In this document: one piece after another, positions 39,309-53,109 of the stretch
Layout: each line of letters opens with the position of its first letter
Position numbering within the stretch: the stretch's first letter is position 1
Assembly: GCA_025201805.1 (NCBI GenBank)
Contig: MU619380.1
Span: 11,884-75,883, forward strand
Source: Parasitella parasitica NRRL 2501
Lineage: Eukaryota > Fungi > Mucoromycota
DNA: 64,000 bases
Reading direction: 5' to 3'
Notes under the pieces: model-generated
The model's input: only the letters and a program-made list of their open reading frames with translations
Database searches by the model: none
What the model was told of the DNA's origin: nothing
Made by a program: the position numbers and the translations under genes

Positions 39309-41096
39309 GTTAAACAATTGATGGAATATATAAAAAAATATAATATTCTATTATATATTGTAACCAAGTGTTCGGAAACTGGGGAGGGATTAAAAAAGGA
39401 TTTGTCAACAAAAATTGGAGGGAGGAAAGAAAGAGCCAGAGAGAGAGAGAGAGAGAGCGAGAAAGAGCTTCATTGTACTTTGTACGTCACCAAGACCGCT
39501 TTTTTCCAACAAACAACCAATGGTTTCATTGACTGAGGAGGGGCCACTATGAAATTGACATTGATACCGTATTGTCGATTACATGACAAACTCTCCTGCA
39601 AAGCTTCTGTCACTCAAAACTTTTCTTTTTCAACTTTTATCTTTCTATCAACACCTTCCTCTCCATTTGAAATTGCACTTTGCTCTGGAATAAACTGTCA
39701 AGAGCAAATCGCATTTCTTGCAGAACAACAATGGGAAATACCGCTTCTTGCCGTATATTAATGTTGTTATTAATTGTTCTATAATCATTGTAATGAACGC
39801 AGACTTTTTCTTTTTTTTTTTTTTTTTTTTTAATAGAAACAAAGAATAGAAATCTCTTTTAAAAGTATTGTCTGAAACTACTTTAGATACCAAGACTGAT
39901 GAATCGGTGTACATAAAGAGTTAGATAAAGTCAATTTATTTTAGGAAAATGCAAAATGGTATACATATAAGCAGTGCTACAAGTGGTTCGTATTAGCACT
40001 GCAAAGTTTCTTAGCAAGCTTAAATAAAAGTTTTGCCAAATGTGTCTTTGCTAGTACTATGAAAAAGTCGTTTTCCTGAATAAAAACAAAGAAGCTAACT
40101 TTTTAAAATGAACAAACTTTCTCTAGCTAGGCCACAAGGCAAAGAAGTTTATTCTTTACTTCAAAAAGTCGCTTGATTAGACCAAGAAGATTGTTTGTAA
40201 TTATAACAAAATTATTTGTAGAATAATTGGTGGTATTTAACCTTGGGTTCAATCAGGAACGGTTGCTATTACAACTCTTAAGGACACAGCATATACACTT
40301 GATTTTCACCGTAGCGCCCGCTCGTTTACATTCATAATGACTAAGTGATTATTTATAAAGATGGTTCTTACTCTGACAATTACTGTATTATAATCTTGTT
40401 TGCCAATTAATGTAACATGCACTCGTAGTTTGATTTTTGTAAATTTATTCTTCATCAACAAACAACCTCTTATCATTCAATGAAATCCATAGTTTTGTAT
40501 CTGGTAAATTTTTTAGTTTTTATTATCAAATACAATCGTCTGCTGTGCTCATTTCTTTATATTCTATTGGGATTTCTTTTTCTTTATTAGTACCTTGTAT
40601 ACACCCTCAATACTGCAAGATTGGAGCGTTTACGATACAGACTGAGACGTGTGGAATCTTGTGGTAAAGACTATCAAATCTGATTGAATCAATTTTAGAA
40701 TTTCTTTTGACATCTAATCGTTAACCATAAATTGTCTTTATTTACTGTACATCAAATTTGTTGGTTTCCCTTGGACTTGTGATGCAACTCATCCCCCAAA
40801 TGCAGAGAGGCAACCGCTTCTTTATCGCCACTTTATTATTTCAGAAACACTCTTGATGAAATCAAAAATATTCTCTGTTGTACATTTAAATATGTGCTGA
40901 AATGTATTGTATCAAAAAAGAACGATCATTTCATTCGCCTAGGCTCATCCTAATAGATTCACAGTAAAGCTAATCAGAACAACAAATAAAATTGTCATGA
41001 TTGTGCTCATGCATGTGAAATAAAAAGTGCCAATACCTGTTATGCAGAAATTCTGCTGGAGACTGAAGGAACAGGGAGTCACCGCTATGCCGTAGA

Positions 41097-41125
41097 ACGC
41101 GCTCAAAGTTGAAACTCTGACGCGA
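41097..41125 (+). promoter_or_regulatory. Two MCB-like (ACGCG) elements upstream of MRC1
   Basis: ACGCG at 41097-41101 and ACGCGA at 41120-41125, 70-100 bp before the ATG in otherwise CpG-poor DNA. MRC1 is an MBF (G1/S) target in yeasts. Confidence 0.55.
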
Positions 41126-41194
41126 TTTTTTTTTTTTTTTCTTTTTTTACTCTATTTCTTTTTTCATCTGGATATAACCAAGTACGACAAGAAT

Positions 41195-42940
41195 ATGGAT
41201 GTTAATCCGAAGACTAATGTAGAAGACAGCGAGGATGAAAGACCCTTGTTTGAAAAGCCCACGTACCTGGCAACAGCACCAAACGAAGTGGAAACAGATG
41301 ACGACGATGACGACGATCTGGGGTCGAGTTCACTGGCTGATAACCCGTATTCCAATATGAACATCCCGTCTCACCTGAAGAACATTCTGTCATATGATTC
41401 AAGCAGCAGAAGGATGGATACCAGGATTTTGGACGATGAATCAGATTCGGATATGGAATCAGCGTCGCTCACAGCAGAAGCAGGAATCGATCTGGACAAA
41501 CTGAATGCAGAAATAGACAGATTTCAGTTTGCCAATTTCCCGTTGAAACCAGCAACAGAGGATAGCAACATGGATGACGATGAGGCCAGCAGCAAGTCGA
41601 AAAAGACCAAAAAGCCGAGAGAAAAGAAAAAGAGACGAGACAAGGGCAAGAAGAAGGCTGTCAAAGATGACGCTCTGGAAGCAGAGCAAAAGACACGCAG
41701 CAAGAATTTTGATAGGCTTTTGCAAAAATTCGCTCAAGAGTCTGAAAGCAGTGAAGATGAGGCAAAATCCAAAAAGAAGTCTAGTGGCAGGAAGACCCGA
41801 AAGAAGGCGTCCAATGAGATTAGATTGGATGAAAATGGAGAGCAACTGATACGTACGACTGAAATTTTGGATGCTACGTCGAGCTCAAGTAGCGAAGACG
41901 AGAGAAAGCTGTCAAAGAAAGAAGAGATCGAAATGTACCGCGACGCTGAGCGCCAAAGAAGAGCAGCCAAAGTTTTACTGAAACCTGTATATAATTATAA
42001 ATCGTTTGATGACTTGGCAAAACGTAGAGACGACCGCGAGCAACAGGTACAGCACCAAGATGTAATTATCACTCACAAAGCGCCAAAGACATATGCTCCT
42101 CCCTCATCCCACCCGTCATCTCGCCCCACGTTCAATTTTGAATTAAGCGGTGTAAATGACGATAGCGACAGTGATATCGAGATCACAGGCAACCCAAAGA
42201 AAATTGCGGCTGCAACACAGGCAGCTATGCTCTCGCCTGAGCGTCCTAGAGCCCCAGTAACCATCTCTCCTGTCAGACATGCTTCAACCGCTCTTCGCGA
42301 TCACAATAGGTTCATGCTGCATCGTATTTCAAACGAAGGTTATGATTATCGCATCAGAATGGAGCAGGCAGCAAAGGCTCGTGGTCATTACGCCTCTGCT
42401 ACAGAAAGAGCCAGACGATTGATTGAAAAGGAAAAGGATGCCATGATGATTAATGACCAAATCAGCCGACATTTTGAAAAGAAAAAAGTGAGCTACCCTA
42501 ACAATGGGGAGGACGATGATGACGAGGACAAGGACGAGGAAGATGGCGATTTTGAAGATCAAGAAGGAGGGGAAACAGATCCACTGGACGATATCCTGAA
42601 TGAGCTATCAGGCTCTGAAGATGAAGATGAATTCCTTGTCCAGGATGCTGAGGATGAACCAAAACCAAATCATACTCATAAAAGGAAAAATGCATCAGAT
42701 CAAGAAGACGACGATGACGACGATGACGACGATGATGAAGACGATATGGCAGCAATGGCTTTCAAGCGCTGGAAGGGTAAAAAGGTCAAGAAATCTACCA
42801 TCTTTGACGACGACGACGATGAGGTAGTGCAAACGTCCAAAAAAAAGAAAGTTTCTGCAAAACCTGTACCTGAACACTCCATTTCAAACTTTTTCAAAGC
42901 AAAGGTATACACATGTTGTCTCTAAAAAAAAAAAAAAAAA

Positions 42941-42978
<38 letters not shown>

Positions 42979-44512
42979 TTGAAAATTGACCCATTTTTTT
43001 TTCCCACTAGGAAACAATGGCTGCTGAGGAAGCTGCAGAACGAGATGAAAGCAAAACCCTCAGTAGACTTGTTAGACGCAAAGAAAAGGAGCCTAGCAGC
43101 ATCGAGGGGCAGACCAATGACGATGCTGAGGAGCAAGAAGATGCTATGGACGTTGATCAGCCGACGCCAAGACAAGCGCCCACACCACTACCAGCTGCAG
43201 TGAAACAGCTTGTATCAGTGGCTCCCAAGGGTCCTAGAGAGAAGCTTGAATATCTGGAAGAAGAAGCCGAGGAAGAGGAAGACGAGTTCTTTGGCGCTGG
43301 AGGATCAGACGGAGAAACAGGAGAGAATTTGGATGAATTCGAAAAAGACGATTTGCTGGTAGAAGACAATAATGAGCATATTGATGAAACAGCGTTACGA
43401 GAGGCATACAAGTAAGCTTTAAAGTCGGTTGGTTTCCCGCACATGATATTTAAAAAGTATAAAACCCTATTCACATAGCCTTCAAGATAAAGAGACGGAC
43501 AGCAACATGATCCAACGTTTGATTACTGACATTACAAGTGGTAATCTGCGAAAACAAAAGGCAGCAGTTGAAGCCGGGCTCATGTTGGACGATATCGATT
43601 TATACGACGAAGAGGATAATGATCTAGTGGCTATTCGTAGAGCTGCTGCTGCTAGAAGACGTAAACTTTTGAGGAAAAAGGGTGGAGATATTCTGGAAAA
43701 CATGTGTAAGTTATTTTAATAATGACATGGTAAACAGTTTTATTGATTGTCCTTTTCAATGACAGTAAGCGATCCTAAAACTGCAGCATTTGCAAAGGCA
43801 GCGCAAGCCATGACTGATGAAGTAGCTATCTCCGTTTTTAGTGAGAGCGAAGGAGAAGCCGAAGAAGATGAGCCACAAGACAATCAACAGTACGACGATG
43901 AATATGAAAAGAGCACGCCTATTGTATCTACTAGGCGAGTGATTATTGAAGAGGATGAAGAGGATGAAGAAGATGAAGAAGACGACAAAGACCAAGAGAT
44001 GAAGGATGTTTCTGATGATGAGGAGCTCCTTATCGTAGTAAGTTTACTTGTTCGATTCCGATTTCTAGTGCTGATCTTTTGCATGCTACTAGGATGAATT
44101 TGATACCATGACTTCTCCATTAAGGCCTACAGAAGCTACAGTAGGAGGTGGTCTCGCAAGCAGCATTCGTATCACTAGTGCAGATGATGAAGATGTTGAC
44201 TTCCATATTGAAAACATGAAATCACCGATTAACGTACGCAAAGACACTTCGTTGTACGGCTCACCGGGAACATTGGAGCGTTTCAAAAGACTGATTGCAG
44301 AAACGAGCAGTGCTTTGAATGGCACATCATCAGATACTGGAGGCCCGCGTGTTGGGTTCGGTTCGCTTCAACAAAAGCAGCAAAATGAATCGGCCGGAAA
44401 GCCGAAATTGGCTGGCAGTCTAGGTGAACTATTCAACAAATCAAACGGAAAGGAATCGAAACTGAAGAAGCTGAAATCGCAATCATCCAGCTTGTTTCAA
44501 TACGCAGAATAA
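41195..44512 (+). CDS. MRC1: Mediator of replication checkpoint Mrc1/claspin-like protein
   Basis: Highly acidic protein with the MRC1-like domain EYLEEEAEEEEDEFFGAGGSDGE...MIQRLITDITSGNLRKQK...DPKTAAF. Four GT-AG introns. Confidence 0.82.
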
Positions 44513-44535
44513 CGGTTTATTTAATAATAAAAAAA

Positions 44536-46796
44536 TTAATTGTACAAAGGATGCGGCTCTATCTCATAACTTGATTTTTGAAGAGCATCTGTATCCAAAG
44601 AGGCAACTTGGAAGCAGGTATTGAACAGCAGCAAATCGCTCGACTCTTCAAAAGAGTATCTTTTTGCCAGGTTTTGGAACACCAACACGCGCTTTATCAC
44701 GGTTGCTGTGATCCGATGCTTTCTGAAATGTACTAGGGGCTGGCTGAGAACAGCGTCAATACGGCCCTGTTGTTTCTTTTCAATGTTGTTGTTTGATGAG
44801 GGTAAATAGGATGGCAGTTCTGCATTGAAGACGAGGTCTGACAGGTAGATACCCAGGAAAGGGATGCATCCGCCAAACGGCAACTTGATGGTAACTGATG
44901 TCTTGGAATTTCGTTTTCGAAATATGGCGTTGGTGTCTACCTCGACTTGGACCTCCGTTGGCGACTCCCCGTATTCTTCTGCTACTTGGCTCATACTGTC
45001 ACGAATGTGTTTCCAGTTTTTGGTGGGTGATGTAAATGTAGAAAGCTCTTGCAGTGTCTTCATTTCTCGTTTATTAACTAGAGGCCATGTCTTTTCTAGT
45101 CTTGACACCGAGGAGGATTGTAAGCCAAGTAAGATTTGTATCAGAGTTGAAAAGTTACAGTATAATTTACATTTCTAATTTACACCACAAGAGAATCAGC
45201 ACAAGTTAGCATTATTTCGCAATATATATATTTATACATGTATATAAGCATACCTTTGCTAGTCGAATAAACTTTTCAATCAATTTGACGCGCTGATCCA
45301 GCTGTTTGGTCTGAACAATCTCACTAGAAACCCACTGACAAACAGCGTTGAACCGATTAATGGCCTTTTCTATGCCTCTTTCGACCGTGTCGTTGTTTCT
45401 CTCGTGTTGCTGTTTCATTCGTTTTGTACGAGAATAAATACCTTGGGGATACTGATCAAAGGACATGGCATTGACAACATCATGGTCCAAACCTTCCATA
45501 TTCTGTGGTTGATAAAGCTTTGTCACCGACATTTTGGTCCACCTGCAATCCACTAGCTCTTCCCAGTCGATGTCCAGCAGAATAGCCTTTTCAATCAAAC
45601 AGAATTGTTGTGCCATTAATGATGTCGAATAGCTCAAAACAATAGATCTGTATGTTGCAGGAACCGTACTTGGGATTGGGATAGACGGTGGTGTGTTAGA
45701 CAAAAAGCCGTTGTTGTGTTTATCAATATCAATCTCGAATATTCTCGATTTTGGTGCGTGCAGGGCTGGCTGTACTTGATTCTGCAGCTGGTAGTGCGGC
45801 TGTTCCTGCTGTTGTTGTTGTTGCTGCCTATTGCTGCCAGTGGAGTATCTCCAGGATTCATCTTTTTCTCTGTGTGGTTTTTTCTTTTTCGTCTTTGTAG
45901 CCGCATAAGAGGAAGATGCGATTGATGAAGATGAGGTCATGGAATTCTCGTTGTCATCATGGTACAAGGGTGGCAATGGCTTTGATTTAGGGTCTATGTA
46001 AACCAATGTCTTGCTGACCCGTTTGCTTTGCTGTTGCTGCTGCTGCTGCTGTAAGTTGTTATTACTGAAACGGGATCTCGGAACCAACGCAGTAATATCT
46101 CCTGAAATCGCACAGGATGGAGTAACGACTTCTGAGTCAGTTACTGAAGGATATGCCATGGAATTGTACGAAGTAAAAGAATTCAAGTGATTATTGCTGT
46201 GGCTATTTGTATGGTTTTCTTCTTCCTCCCTCTCCTCCTTCTTTTCTTGCTCATTTTCCTTGGAGTAATGTGTACTGGTATTAGGGTGGTAGATGTCGGG
46301 TGTGGAGCTGGCGGATAGAATAGCAAGCTGTGCACTATAGAATGATCTTGTGCGAGCATCGTAATTTGAAGTGGGATTGCATAGCATGGCAGCCGTTGCA
46401 CCAGATGGATTCGTTTTGTATGTCGAAAGAAACAGCTCTGCTTGCTGTCGATCGTCTTCCTCTTGTTCTTGCTGCTGACGAAGCACTTCGAGCTTTTCCG
46501 CCAGTTCGTTGCTGCTATCCAGAGCAGCCGGTGGAGATGGTGAAGCAGACACTGCCTTTTCATACAACACTGGAGGCGGTACAGCTAATTCTTTACTATG
46601 ATAACTTTTGGGAGATGGAGCCATGTCATTCCCATCATCATTATCATCATCATCCTCCTCCTCCTCTTCCTCCTCCTCTTCATCATAGTCAAACTCATCA
46701 TCAGATGTACCTGGGCTAATAGCACTCTCAAGTGAGTTGTCAGAACAATTGCTTTTGTAGAAATCTTGACTTTTGCTATTGTTTAGTTGCTGCTGT

Positions 46797-46855
<59 letters not shown>

Positions 46856-48596
46856 TATGTTTATCCACTCCAGAGACGCACTGTGGCTCGTGTTTTCGTG
46901 AAGATTGTACAGGCTATTTGGCAGGGATGATCCATTCAGATTTGAAAATTTATTAGCAACTGACGATACAGAGGACCCACGGCGACGACGTTGCTCGATA
47001 AAGGAGTGCGATTTCGTGGAGGTTGAGGGATAGTTGCCAATGACAACCACATCAGGTGCGGTAGCATGTTTGTTTCTGATCGCCGTATTGTTACTATGAC
47101 GAGCGTCCAGGTGAACGCCGTTTACTATATTCATTGTCTTTTGACGGATTGTGCCTGGGGAAGTCAACTGTTCTTTTACCATTTGCTTCACTACTTGCTG
47201 TTCGTAGGTAGGAGGCGGAGGGCCAATGACTTGAACTCTTGTGGATGACTTGGAGACATAATAGATCTTTTTCAGTCTTCTCACGACTCGCTTCAAGCCT
47301 TTAATTATGCGTTGATCCCTCGGTGATTGCTTAATTAAGGGATGAAATGGCATTGCATTTAGGAAATCTGTCAATACGACGCGAAGCTCCTTGCTTGGAA
47401 CGAAATCACGAAGAAAGTAATTGAGGAGCCAATGTCTCATGACAACGAATGTTCTGTTAGTCTGTATTAGAATATCTGCATGTTTGTTATATGCTATATG
47501 TATCATGTACATGCTGTGCCTATTTTTACCTTATTCTCACTATACATCGGCTTGCTTCGTTTTTCTCCAGGCTCCATCTGAATCTCAAAATCAGGAATTT
47601 ACAAAGCTGTAATGGGGTCATGAAGACGCGATAAATCAAAAAGAAGTCTGTCATAAAAGTATAGTCTGTACAGACAATTAGTTGATCACAGCTGTATACA
47701 ATGTTTGCTACGTGCGCTTTACCTAGCGAAATCGTCAGTTTTTCAATTAATTTCTCAATGGTTGCTGCTTCAATCACTCGACCCTCCTCTGCTTGTTGCT
47801 GTGACGGAGGTGGTGATGGTGGTGGTAGTAATGCTGGTAGTGCTGGTGATAGTGGTTGTCCAGACACACGATTTGGCAGTTCTGAAGAAAGCCTCTTTTT
47901 CAATTTCGCAGGAATCAGCTGTTGCGCAGACCATCTGGATCTCTTTTTATTGCGATTATTTAGCTTTAAAGCGTCCTTATCGTCTAGATTCGATGGCGCA
48001 GTGGATGGCATGGTAGTCTGCTGTTTGGCTTCGACACCCCATAAAATGAGGTTTGGGTTTTCGTCGGATTCAATTAAATCAAAGATAGACAGAGGGAAAT
48101 CTGATAAATCGGTGGGGGACGATAATTGAAACGGGTTGATGTCAACATCTTCAACTTGGATTTTGATGGATTCAGCAGCAGGCTCCTTTGCTGCTGTAAA
48201 GCGGGTGTCTGACCATATGTCATCAAACTCGCTTACAATCGGGATTCTGGGTAAGGAGTGATTCTGCTGGTGATAGTGATGAGGCGGAGAACGTGCTGGT
48301 GGAGATAGCAGTGGTGATGCTTGCAGCATACTTGTACTACCACTGGTGTAACTCTTCTTACTTGAATCTCTTTGCAAGGTGCCTGTTGTTGTTGTTGTTG
48401 TTGCTGTCGCTGCTGTGAAATCTTGGACAGGTTCGTCGTCTGTATTCCAAAAGATCTTTGACTCTGTGTACTCTCGCACGCCAAAAACTGTGGCTAGCGC
48501 AGCTCTTTCCATGCCGCCATCGCTGGTGTCATTTCTGAATTCCAAAGGTATGAGGGAGTTGTTTCGTTTCCTTGGCGCAGCAGTTTCTGAGGACAT
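44536..48596 (-). CDS. Ras guanine nucleotide exchange factor (REM + CDC25 domains; Lte1-like)
   Basis: AATIEKLIEKL, DFFLIYRVFM and RHWLLNYF (REM); AQQFCLIEK, INRFNAVCQWVSSEI, NFSTLIQILLGLQ, GCIPFLGIYLSDL and VHFRKHR (CDC25). Confidence 0.92.
46787..46856 (-). repeat. (CAG/CAA)n polyglutamine tract in the RasGEF
   Basis: Alternating ctgttg units on the + strand encode more than 20 Gln. Confidence 0.9.
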
Positions 48597-48828
48597 GCTA
48601 TGTAGTTGTATAATAGGAAAGACAAAAGAAGAAAAGAGAAGATGGAAGATGGCAGATGGCAGAAAAGAAAAAGAAGAAGAGCGTATTAAAAAAAGTAATG
48701 CAAATGATGTATATTATATATTAACACAAAAATTAGGCCTTCTTTATACTAAAGGGGGGGGGAGATGATTTTATTTAAAAAATGGGCTCACGTGTGTGTG
48801 TGTGGCATTTGCGTCGACAACAAAGCAA

Positions 48829-50965
48829 CTAGTTTATATAATCCCACCTGCGTGCTATTTCTTTTACAATAGCAATGAAGGATGGCCATCTATCAGTCGC
48901 ATTCGCTGTGTTCCATGTTAGAGGGTCAAGCGAGGTTACCTGCAGACAAGAGAAAAGGTTAAGCTGGGAGGCATACTATTTTTAAGACAAAATCATCTTT
49001 ACCATCATTTCGGTTCGTTTAACCTTTTTATCCTGCTGCTCAATGTGATTTACACTAATTAAGCCATCGTCAAACAAATATCTCTTTGTGTTAATAAACG
49101 AGATGTCTGCAAGAACAAAATTGTCGTTCAGGAAAGGCTGCTGTTTGGGCGCTGACAGCTGGCTGTAGCTCATCAGCTTGCACCGTTCTATCAATTCTCC
49201 TACATGCGTCGTGTCATTGGTATAGTCTAAATATTGCTTGGCTATTAAGCGGACATCCACATTGCCAAACATTCCTAGAACATCTACAACAGACCGATTT
49301 TTTTCTGCGATAATCTTTTTAACGTTCATACTGCCATTTTCTTGGGTTGTAAATTCAACCAAAAGTCGCTTCAAATCCGAATTCTCGTCTTTCCCTGCCA
49401 GCAATGACTGGTTGACATAGTCTAATTGGATTGTACGCTGGTGAAATCCACCATCCAACGAACGAATGATTGGTATGTAAGGCGCGGTTATTTTGCGAGG
49501 TGGAATGCTGTTGAGGAACAGGCTTCTATTTTTAAAAAGCGTGGCGAGGTCTGTTGCGCACCCAGGCGAGAGTGATATATCATGATGGTTGTCTTGGAAT
49601 AGCAGTTTGCCAAATCTTTTTTTTGTGTATCGTCGTTAGTTAATGTATGTTCGCTGTCTCTGTGGAACTTACCTTGCTTCTATTGAAATAGCATCGCCGC
49701 CGTTATTGAGCGATTTCACCAGCAAATCCTGCGTGTTGCCAATCTCACCCACCATTCTACAAGTTGTAAATCAGTCTATCCATTTTCAATAACCTGCTTA
49801 ATTCAATACAAAAACCTACTCTTGGCCACCAAACACCATGTAATCGTCCTTTTCATCCTTTTTCTTGTATTCAAGTTTATTCCAATTCAGCTTCTTGTCA
49901 TAAAAAGGCATTGATAGCACATCTTGCATTGGCAATACTGTAAATTCCAGGTCTTTGTGTATCACCGTGTGATCTGCGGTACTCAAAGCTTTTTTACCAG
50001 TTGCGTTCATCTAAGTCCACTATAAGTAGCCATTCGATACTTGAAAGATCGCAATTACCTCTGTAAGCGTTAAATTCAATAGTCTCTTTGCATTACTCAA
50101 ATTCTCAGCAGATGTACTAGCCAAGGAAAACTGAGGGCGTAATGTGTCAGCTAACACTCGACAGTTTGCTATTACAGCCATTTACCTTGTCATCCTCTAA
50201 AGTGATGAAACTTGCTGCCAGTTTCGACATGTCCACCAGCGATTCATTTACGTCGTTTCTCAACTGTGGATCCCTCTTTATTTTCTCGGGTACATCTACT
50301 TGATCTTCCAGTATATTCAAATGTGTCAAAATCTCTTCTTTGGCCTTAGCAACAGCCTTTGATAATCCTTCCACAGCATATTCCTGCTTGTCTACATCAA
50401 TCGTAATGAAAACGTGATAATTCTCTTCAATGTTGCGGATAGTATCGCCATTATTTCCAATAATAAAAAACAGTTGCTGGAAAGTTGCAGGAAATATCTC
50501 TTTTACTGTGTCTCTTCGCATTTCCAAGGCTTTCCTTTGTCTGGCAGCGTCGACATCTTTGGTACTTTGGATCCCCCAGTGTTTCTTGACGATGCCATCA
50601 ATCAACTGATTCTTTAGGCGCCCGTGTCTAGGCAACTTGTGCACAGCTGAATAGTCTGCCAACTGACGCACGCTGAAAGATTTTTGAAACAATTTGTACA
50701 ATCTATCCATATTTTCGGTAGAAATCACTTCTTTCTTCGGCCTAAACGCCTCGATCGATTCCAACAGCACATCCTTGGTCTGCAAAATGCTGCTGGATTT
50801 CTCTAATTCGGCTACAATAGCTTGCAGCCGCTGGTCTGGTAAAAGCTCTTCTTTTGACCCATCATTAGTACGGCAGATCCTAGCTGTTGAAAAGCAGCTG
50901 CGCTGATGGCTTCTCCTCGAAACAATTCCCAGTAAATGACGATATGGTGGTATGCAAAGTGACAT
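48829..50965 (-). CDS. Mitochondrial KH-domain protein, probable Sls1-like inner-membrane regulator
   Basis: Arg/Ser-rich presequence-like N-terminus (RRSHQRSCFSTARICR), FSVRQLADY..KNQLIDGIVKKHWG and a KH-like LFFIIGNNGDTIRNIE. The last exon ends ...IARRWDYIN* at 48829. Confidence 0.55.
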
Positions 50966-52223
50966 TTTCTATGGAAAGAAAAAAAAAAAAAAAGTCTTTG
51001 CCAGGGTTATACCTTTTAGAGATCGTCCGCAAACTTATTGACATATAGTCACCTTCGATAGAATGTCACAATGTCGAAAGTCTTCTGCCGAATTCCAACT
51101 AGATAAACTGCTTTAATCCTACAAAATGATGGAACGCTGAAACTTCCACAACTCTCAGGGTTTCAAGGTTGCCATTCGGTCACAAGTTGTGTTAATGCAG
51201 ATGCAAGATACACGTCGGCTTTATGCTCATTAAGGAAAGTGCGCAAATGTAAGTGTATTGATTTTGTTGCGTTTCTTCTAGTACCCAACTCCCCAGTTCC
51301 AGTAGATGACGGCATCTGCGCTATCTTTGTTAGAGTAGACATCTCGCTGTGCACGACAGCTAGCATTGCCTTTTTACGCTTCATAATCTGAAGAAATGCA
51401 CAATGTGTTTTTTTAGGCACGGAGTGAATGCATATCTCTATATTTGTAAGCCAAGATGTTGTATATATATATATATTCAGTCCAGTCAAGTATGCATAAA
51501 TTATGGCATATTACAACAATAACGCTTGGCAATAGTATCACGCCAAGACTTTAAGCTCTCAGCATTTGTTAAACAAAAAGCCATATATTGCAAGTCGCTG
51601 ATTATATATGCGTTTCATTCACCTCCAAGAAAGCTCTTTGCAAGCAGTCTTGTGTATTCGTTCATCCAGGCACCATTCATTCAACTACACTTGAAAATGC
51701 CCCTTTTTTATTTTCAATGGATGTCGTTTTCCAATCTATAAAAGTTTAAACAGTACCAATTACATGTAAAGCTGAAAACCTCAGAAGCATTCCTGTTTTA
51801 GGCTTCAAAGAAACGATACTCATTATCTTGATGCTGGTTTACTGACATGTCTGTTGTGCCAAGAAAACTCTTTGAGACTACTAAAAAAGCACCAACAAAG
51901 AACCTTAATACACTATGCTTTTTGTTCTTTTTTCACAAGGTCGATAGAAATTTTCTTATGCTGAGCTTCCCACACTGGATTATATTGGGGCGAGAATGAC
52001 CGGCTCTGGTAGCAGTGATAATCCAGCTGTATAATGCTATTATTGCTACGCAGTGCGCATTAACAATGATTTTCTTACTGTGGCGTTCAGAACTCATAGA
52101 GAGAGGCGCAAATCCTGTGATGTCGTTTCACAAACCTCTGCTGCAGCAAGTGATGAGATTTAAATACAAACAATGATTACAGGAGGGAAATAATCATTTC
52201 TTCTCTCTTTCTTTAATTTACAA

Positions 52224-52871
52224 ATGTCCTCAAATAAATTTAGCCTCGGTAGCCACTTTTTAAGTAAAAAAAAGACAGAAGATTTAACAAGCTTGTTTAC
52301 AAGCTTCGATAAAGACAAGAATGGAAAAATCTCTCGCTCGGAATTACAAGACATGTTACATTCAGCCGGAATAGAATCGACTATGGTAAATGTTCTTGTT
52401 TTCTTTAAAAGGTATAAATGCTTAGCCGCTAACATGCTTCTTTTCCTTCCATTTGTTGTTGTAAAGACTTATCCAGAAGAAAGCCAAGGAGCAGCAGGAG
52501 GGATGGATTTCGAGGAATTCGCTAAACTGATGAGACCCACACTATCAGACCCACACCGACTTTCAAGTAAGCAAATAGAGCTAAAAGAAGCCTTTGACGC
52601 ATTCGATAAAGACAAAAATGGCTCCATTAATGCAGTCGAACTGCGTGCAATGATGGAAAAGCTGGGAGACAAAATGACGTTAAAAGAAGCCGAAGAACTG
52701 ATTAAAGATGTGGATTTGGATAATAATGGTACTGTTAATTTTGAGGAATTTTGCATTATGATGGGTGTGCAGCAACCAAAATCAGAGCCCAGGAAATCGC
52801 CAGCGTCTCCGCATCATGATCGTAAACGCTTCTCGTTTTTTAAAAGGCTATTTTATAGCCACAGACAATAA
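52224..52871 (+). CDS. Calmodulin-like EF-hand protein 1
   Basis: EF-hands DKDKNGKISRSE, DKDKNGSINAVE and DLDNNGTVNFEE; EF2 is degenerate. In-frame intron ~52386-52466. Basic C-terminal tail. Confidence 0.9.
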   Translation: MSSNKFSLGSHFLSKKKTEDLTSLFTSFDKDKNGKISRSELQDMLHSAGIESTMVNVLVFFKRYKCLAANMLLFLPFVVVKTYPEESQGAAGGMDFEEFAKLMRPTLSDPHRLSSKQIELKEAFDAFDKDKNGSINAVELRAMMEKLGDKMTLKEAEELIKDVDLDNNGTVNFEEFCIMMGVQQPKSEPRKSPASPHHDRKRFSFFKRLFYSHRQ

Positions 52872-53109
52872 AGTTACATGTGCGATTGGTTCTTATTATG
52901 TTGAACTTTATTAGAAGTCTCTCATAGAACATTACTATAGAAACTGTCTATAAATTTACAAGGACTCCGCCTATGTTCATGGATCGTCGCCTTGAGTGGT
53001 TCCTGTTTTTCAGGAATCATCCTCGTGGATTGAAACTTATTATAAAAAGATTTTGACTTTTGTCGATACCATCCTCTTTTCTTTCTTGATTATATATTCT
53101 ACATCTAAA

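Noticed and set aside
51163-51489. 108-aa minus-strand ORF upstream of the Sls1-like gene
   Set aside because: No recognisable domain and no convincing ATG or splice context. Cannot be supported.
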